This document shows positions 60,626-64,000 of a stretch of DNA of 64,000 nt, in pieces (the first letter of the stretch is position 1; each line of letters starts with the position of its first letter). The stretch spans positions 62,001 through 126,000 of the forward strand of contig CAJINV010000002.1 in NCBI GenBank assembly GCA_905178155.1. Direction: 5' to 3'. The notes beneath the pieces were generated by a model. That model saw only the letters and a list, made by a program, of their open reading frames with translations, ran no database searches and was not told the origin of the DNA. This DNA comes from Amoebophrya sp. A120 (lineage: Eukaryota; Protista; Dinoflagellata). The translations under genes and the position numbers were made by a program.

Positions 60626-62392
60626 TTATCTTCTAATACTAAAAGATGAAGCGAGCGATGGGTTTTCCAAATGCGGAACGTGGCGGAAAATCCTCTGAAG
60701 CTGCGTCGCAAGGGCTTCCTCCTGAGGCAAGTTGATGAGCTCTTGCAGTAAATCCCCATCTTCGTGGAGGTGTTTCTGCACTTGCATCCGCTTTGCGTCG
60801 ACGTTTGCCTGGGCCTCCTTGAGCTGTTTCTCCGCAGCATCCAGATCCTCGTTGGCCGCCGCCACCTTGTGCAAAGCTTGCAGTCGTAGGGCCATCATCT
60901 TCTCGTCCTGTTCCTTCTGCTGTCCGTCCGATTCCGCTGGTTCATTGTCACGAGCGAAGAATACAAGTCGATCACGTTTTTCCTTTTTGTTGGTGGTGCC
61001 ATTCAAATTCTGCTCCACGCGAAGACGCTGGATTGGCACCGGTTCTTGGCGCAGGTGGCGTAGAAAGTCCCTGGGGTCGGGACCGAATTTTATGGGATGT
61101 TCGGGTATCCACGACACTGAACGCTCCGCAAGTGGTCGGCGGATGTTGTCTACTTCTTGTGGGAGAAGCGTTTCGCCCGGAAAAGCGTTTTGCTCGAAGC
61201 TGTTTTGTTCTCTGAAGACGTCCTGAACAGCGACATCAGCGGACGTCGGTGGCGATGATAAACCCCCGTCGTTGACCATTATCCTGTGTAGAAACGTCCC
61301 TATCCCGGACTTGCGATGCAAAATCTCATTACATGGGGAAACTACGTCGGTGCGCAATTATCCAGTCCTGACTTTTGCGAACTGACTTTGCAATGCGTCT
61401 TTGATTGCCAAGCAGCAACAAACCCCAGATCGAAACTTGTCATGCCGGATTCGCAAAAGTGCTGCGCTAGTGTAGCTCCTGCACCGATCCCATCTAGTAC
61501 CTGACCACGGATAGTACCTTTTTACACTGGATATAATCAACCTGAACTGCGTCTTCCGGTTCATTGTACAAGTTGGTTCGCTCCTGGTCGAGCACGCGCA
61601 CGAACTCGTCCCAGTTAGTGAACGGAGCAGGTTCTCGTTCGGACAACACTGGTAGTTTCGCTGTGTGATGATCTCCATCGGAGGACGACGACCCGCGTGC
61701 AGTAGAGGATGCTGATGCGTCGCGCTGCTGCTGGCTGTGGCTTTGGCTTCGGCTTCGAAGAATCAAAGGAAGAATAAATTTGTTGAAGTCGGCTTCCCGC
61801 AGGGCGGCGATGGTTGTCTGGCCGGTTCTTGTAACCTCCCTTCTTTGGGCAGAGCCGTTTGCAGCCTGCCGGCGCGTTTGTTGTATTCGTAAACACGCCA
61901 TAGTCTGTTGTATTCGTAAATCCAGCATCCCGTTGTAGTTCTGTTGCTCTTGTTGTTCGTCCCGGTCGGCCGGCTCATTTTCGTCAGAAAAAAGTGCGTT
62001 CATCCTATCACGCTCCGTTTCATCACTGGTAGCCGAATTCTGCTCCGCGTGCAGGTGATGTATCTGTTCCGCAAGCGGCATCGCGTAGGTGCGATTCAGC
62101 ATCTCGATTTCCTTTCTGTCGAGCCAGTATGGGTTGCAAATATTTCTGGGTCTCCTGGAAGAGTGCAAGACTTGCCATGCAGGTTTTGCATGACCCATGG
62201 CACCAGTGACGCATGACAAAGTCCCTTTCCATTGGGGCAGAAGTAGACCCCTTTTGGTAATCATGCAACACAGTACAAGATTTTTGCATCACGAGCCGAA
62301 CTTAGCATGAAAGCCTGCAAGGTTCCATCTCCAGACACAGACACATTGGCAATGCATAGCCGCGACGTGAGATGCTGTACGCTAGACGACAT
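60626..62392 (-). CDS. Three-exon protein with internal repeat and C-terminal coiled coil
   Basis: ATG at 62392 (MSSSVQHLTSR|LDRKEIEML). Removing elements 62128-62358 and 61280-61533 (+5 nt) joins ORFs 61494-62264 and 60626-61357 (VDY|NDGG). Confidence 0.7.
61280..61533. mobile_element. TIR introner, family B
   Basis: TATCCTGTGTAGAAACG...CTTTTTACACTGGATA; in-frame removal. Confidence 0.78.
62128..62358. mobile_element. TIR introner, family A
   Basis: DR GCCAG/GCCGC; in-frame removal. Confidence 0.85.
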
Positions 62393-64000
62393 GCTGGAAG
62401 GGGTAAAAAGGTGTTAGTGGTTCTTGTTCTGTGGTATTGATGTTCTTGTTCCTGGACTGAAAGAGAAGAAGATAAGCAGTAGCAAATATTTCCAGGCGTG
62501 AAAAAGTGCAATTGGTCATGCAATCTCTGTACCACACAAAAATCTGTGTTGCAAATTGTTTTTTGCTGGCACGACAGTTTCCATTTAGTGCTGCCAAGAA
62601 TAGAAAAAAACGAGTTCCAGTGCTGCCAAGAATAGAAAAAAAAGCTGGGATGTGTTTGGTTGTCACAAAGGGGTAGAAATTGTGGTACCTCTTTATGTAT
62701 TTTCGTATAAAGAAAGCAATTTATAGAACTGTAGATTCGAATATCGAGAATTCCTACACCAGAAAACGAACCCCTGTCTGCTCTCGCAACTGTTTCGACG
62801 TCACCCACGATGCATCGGCTGAGCCTCTCTAGCCGCAATAGCGTAGTTGTGTCACATTGTGTTTGCTCCTCGTTCTCTCCGATCCTTCGTCGAACATCAA
62901 ACACAAAAAACTATCTCTCACGTTGAGAAACAACAAGAGCTTGCATCAAGAAGTGCACCGAAGATCCTGAACGACGAATAAAGGTCCGAAAAAGAACCAT
63001 CTCTCTCATACATCCTATCTTCACCTGAAGAAACTCAAACTTTAACGTCCTTGTAAAGTACTTTTCCCCTGCTGGAGCAAACGTTTCGTACGACTTCCTG
63101 CAACAACTCTTCCAAGAATCGGAAAGCTCAACAGAGGTCGTGCTCAAAAAAAGAACTGACATTGGGCCTTCGCTGAGGTCGAAATGTCGCATTTTCCGTG
63201 GCTGTACGAAGCGTTCTTGTACCATAGGGCTACATCAGTAGTAGGCCGGAGCCAAACGCGAATCTGGTGTCTCGAATATCATTTTTTCATATAGTGAAAT
63301 GGAAGACATTGACTTCACATTTTCCGCATTAAGCGTCGTCGCCGTCGTCGTCTTCCAACTGTCTGGCACGTTCCTGCCATTCGCCACTCTCCACGTACTC
63401 CACCAGTGTTATGGGGTTCTCAGACGTTACATACCCAAATGTCGTGTGAATTTGTCATGCAAAAACACCACCACCATCCTCACGATCAAGCTACTCCGCA
63501 TGACAAATTTGCGAAGGGCTAAGCCGCGACTAAATCTGCGCCGAACTTGTAATGCAAAAGGCGCAATCTTCCTCCTTTCACTTTTGCCAGTCTTGCATTA
63601 GAGTGGGGTAACAATGAAATCCTTATCCGCCCCCGCGGCGGATAAGCCAGGGGGGGGGCCCCCCCCGCCTTATCCGCCGGCGGGCCGTACCGTTATAGCC
63701 GCAACAAAGTGGCCGGGCGCCACCACCGCGCGCCTGGAGGACCCGGAAATGCCGACAACGCCCGGCATGTTGTGGGCAGATTTTGAAACACCACAAAGAC
63801 CGACGGACGGCATGGCGCCGCCGGTCTTTGTGATGTTCCATTCCTTGAAGGTAGCAGGCGCAGCAAGTGAAGGCCCCACACTGGCGGGACTGCTTCGGAC
63901 CTAAAAAAACCCGCCAGCAGATATTTGCCACGCAAAAGGTGAAACAGCTTGGGAAACCCGCCAAGCAACAAGCGGCCGAGCAAATAGCAAGCTAGCAGCG

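Noticed and set aside
886-62358. Many short ORFs sharing motifs such as LPDPDIFA, CKYVWVWK, NMSGSGR, HDK and LSC, suggesting a peptide family
   Set aside because: They are translations of the introner TIRs and the GCATGACAAA motif in all frames, not proteins.
1-64000. Dinoflagellate spliced-leader relics, tRNA or rRNA genes
   Set aside because: No CCGTAGCCATTTTGGCTCAAG-like sequence or recognisable RNA gene seen by eye; a tRNAscan/Infernal run would be needed to exclude them.

Overview
This is eukaryotic DNA, most likely from a syndinian dinoflagellate of the Amoebophrya type (inferred from intron architecture, not from a database search). The window holds about 65 short non-coding elements, mostly 150-340 bp and roughly a quarter of the sequence. 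They have terminal inverted repeats starting TAT-N7-AAA and ending TTT-N7-ATA, fall into at least five TIR families (A-E), and are flanked by 5-bp direct repeats (12 perfect, all different). Most elements I tested behave as non-GT-AG introns (introners): deleting the element plus 5 nt joins fragmented ORFs in frame. This rebuilds several minus-strand genes: two paralogous atypical protein kinases with long low-complexity tails (one with 17 such introns), several coiled-coil proteins, a Q-rich protein and an FG/N-rich protein. Frame is restored whatever the element's orientation and even where the direct repeats have decayed. One introner is nested inside another, one is expanded to 1 kb with repeat cargo, and a GCATGACAAA-type motif is shared by all families. 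There are also hairpin satellites and G-rich repeats. I saw no transposase, rRNA, tRNA or CRISPR array. All gene models are manual reconstructions without RNA evidence.
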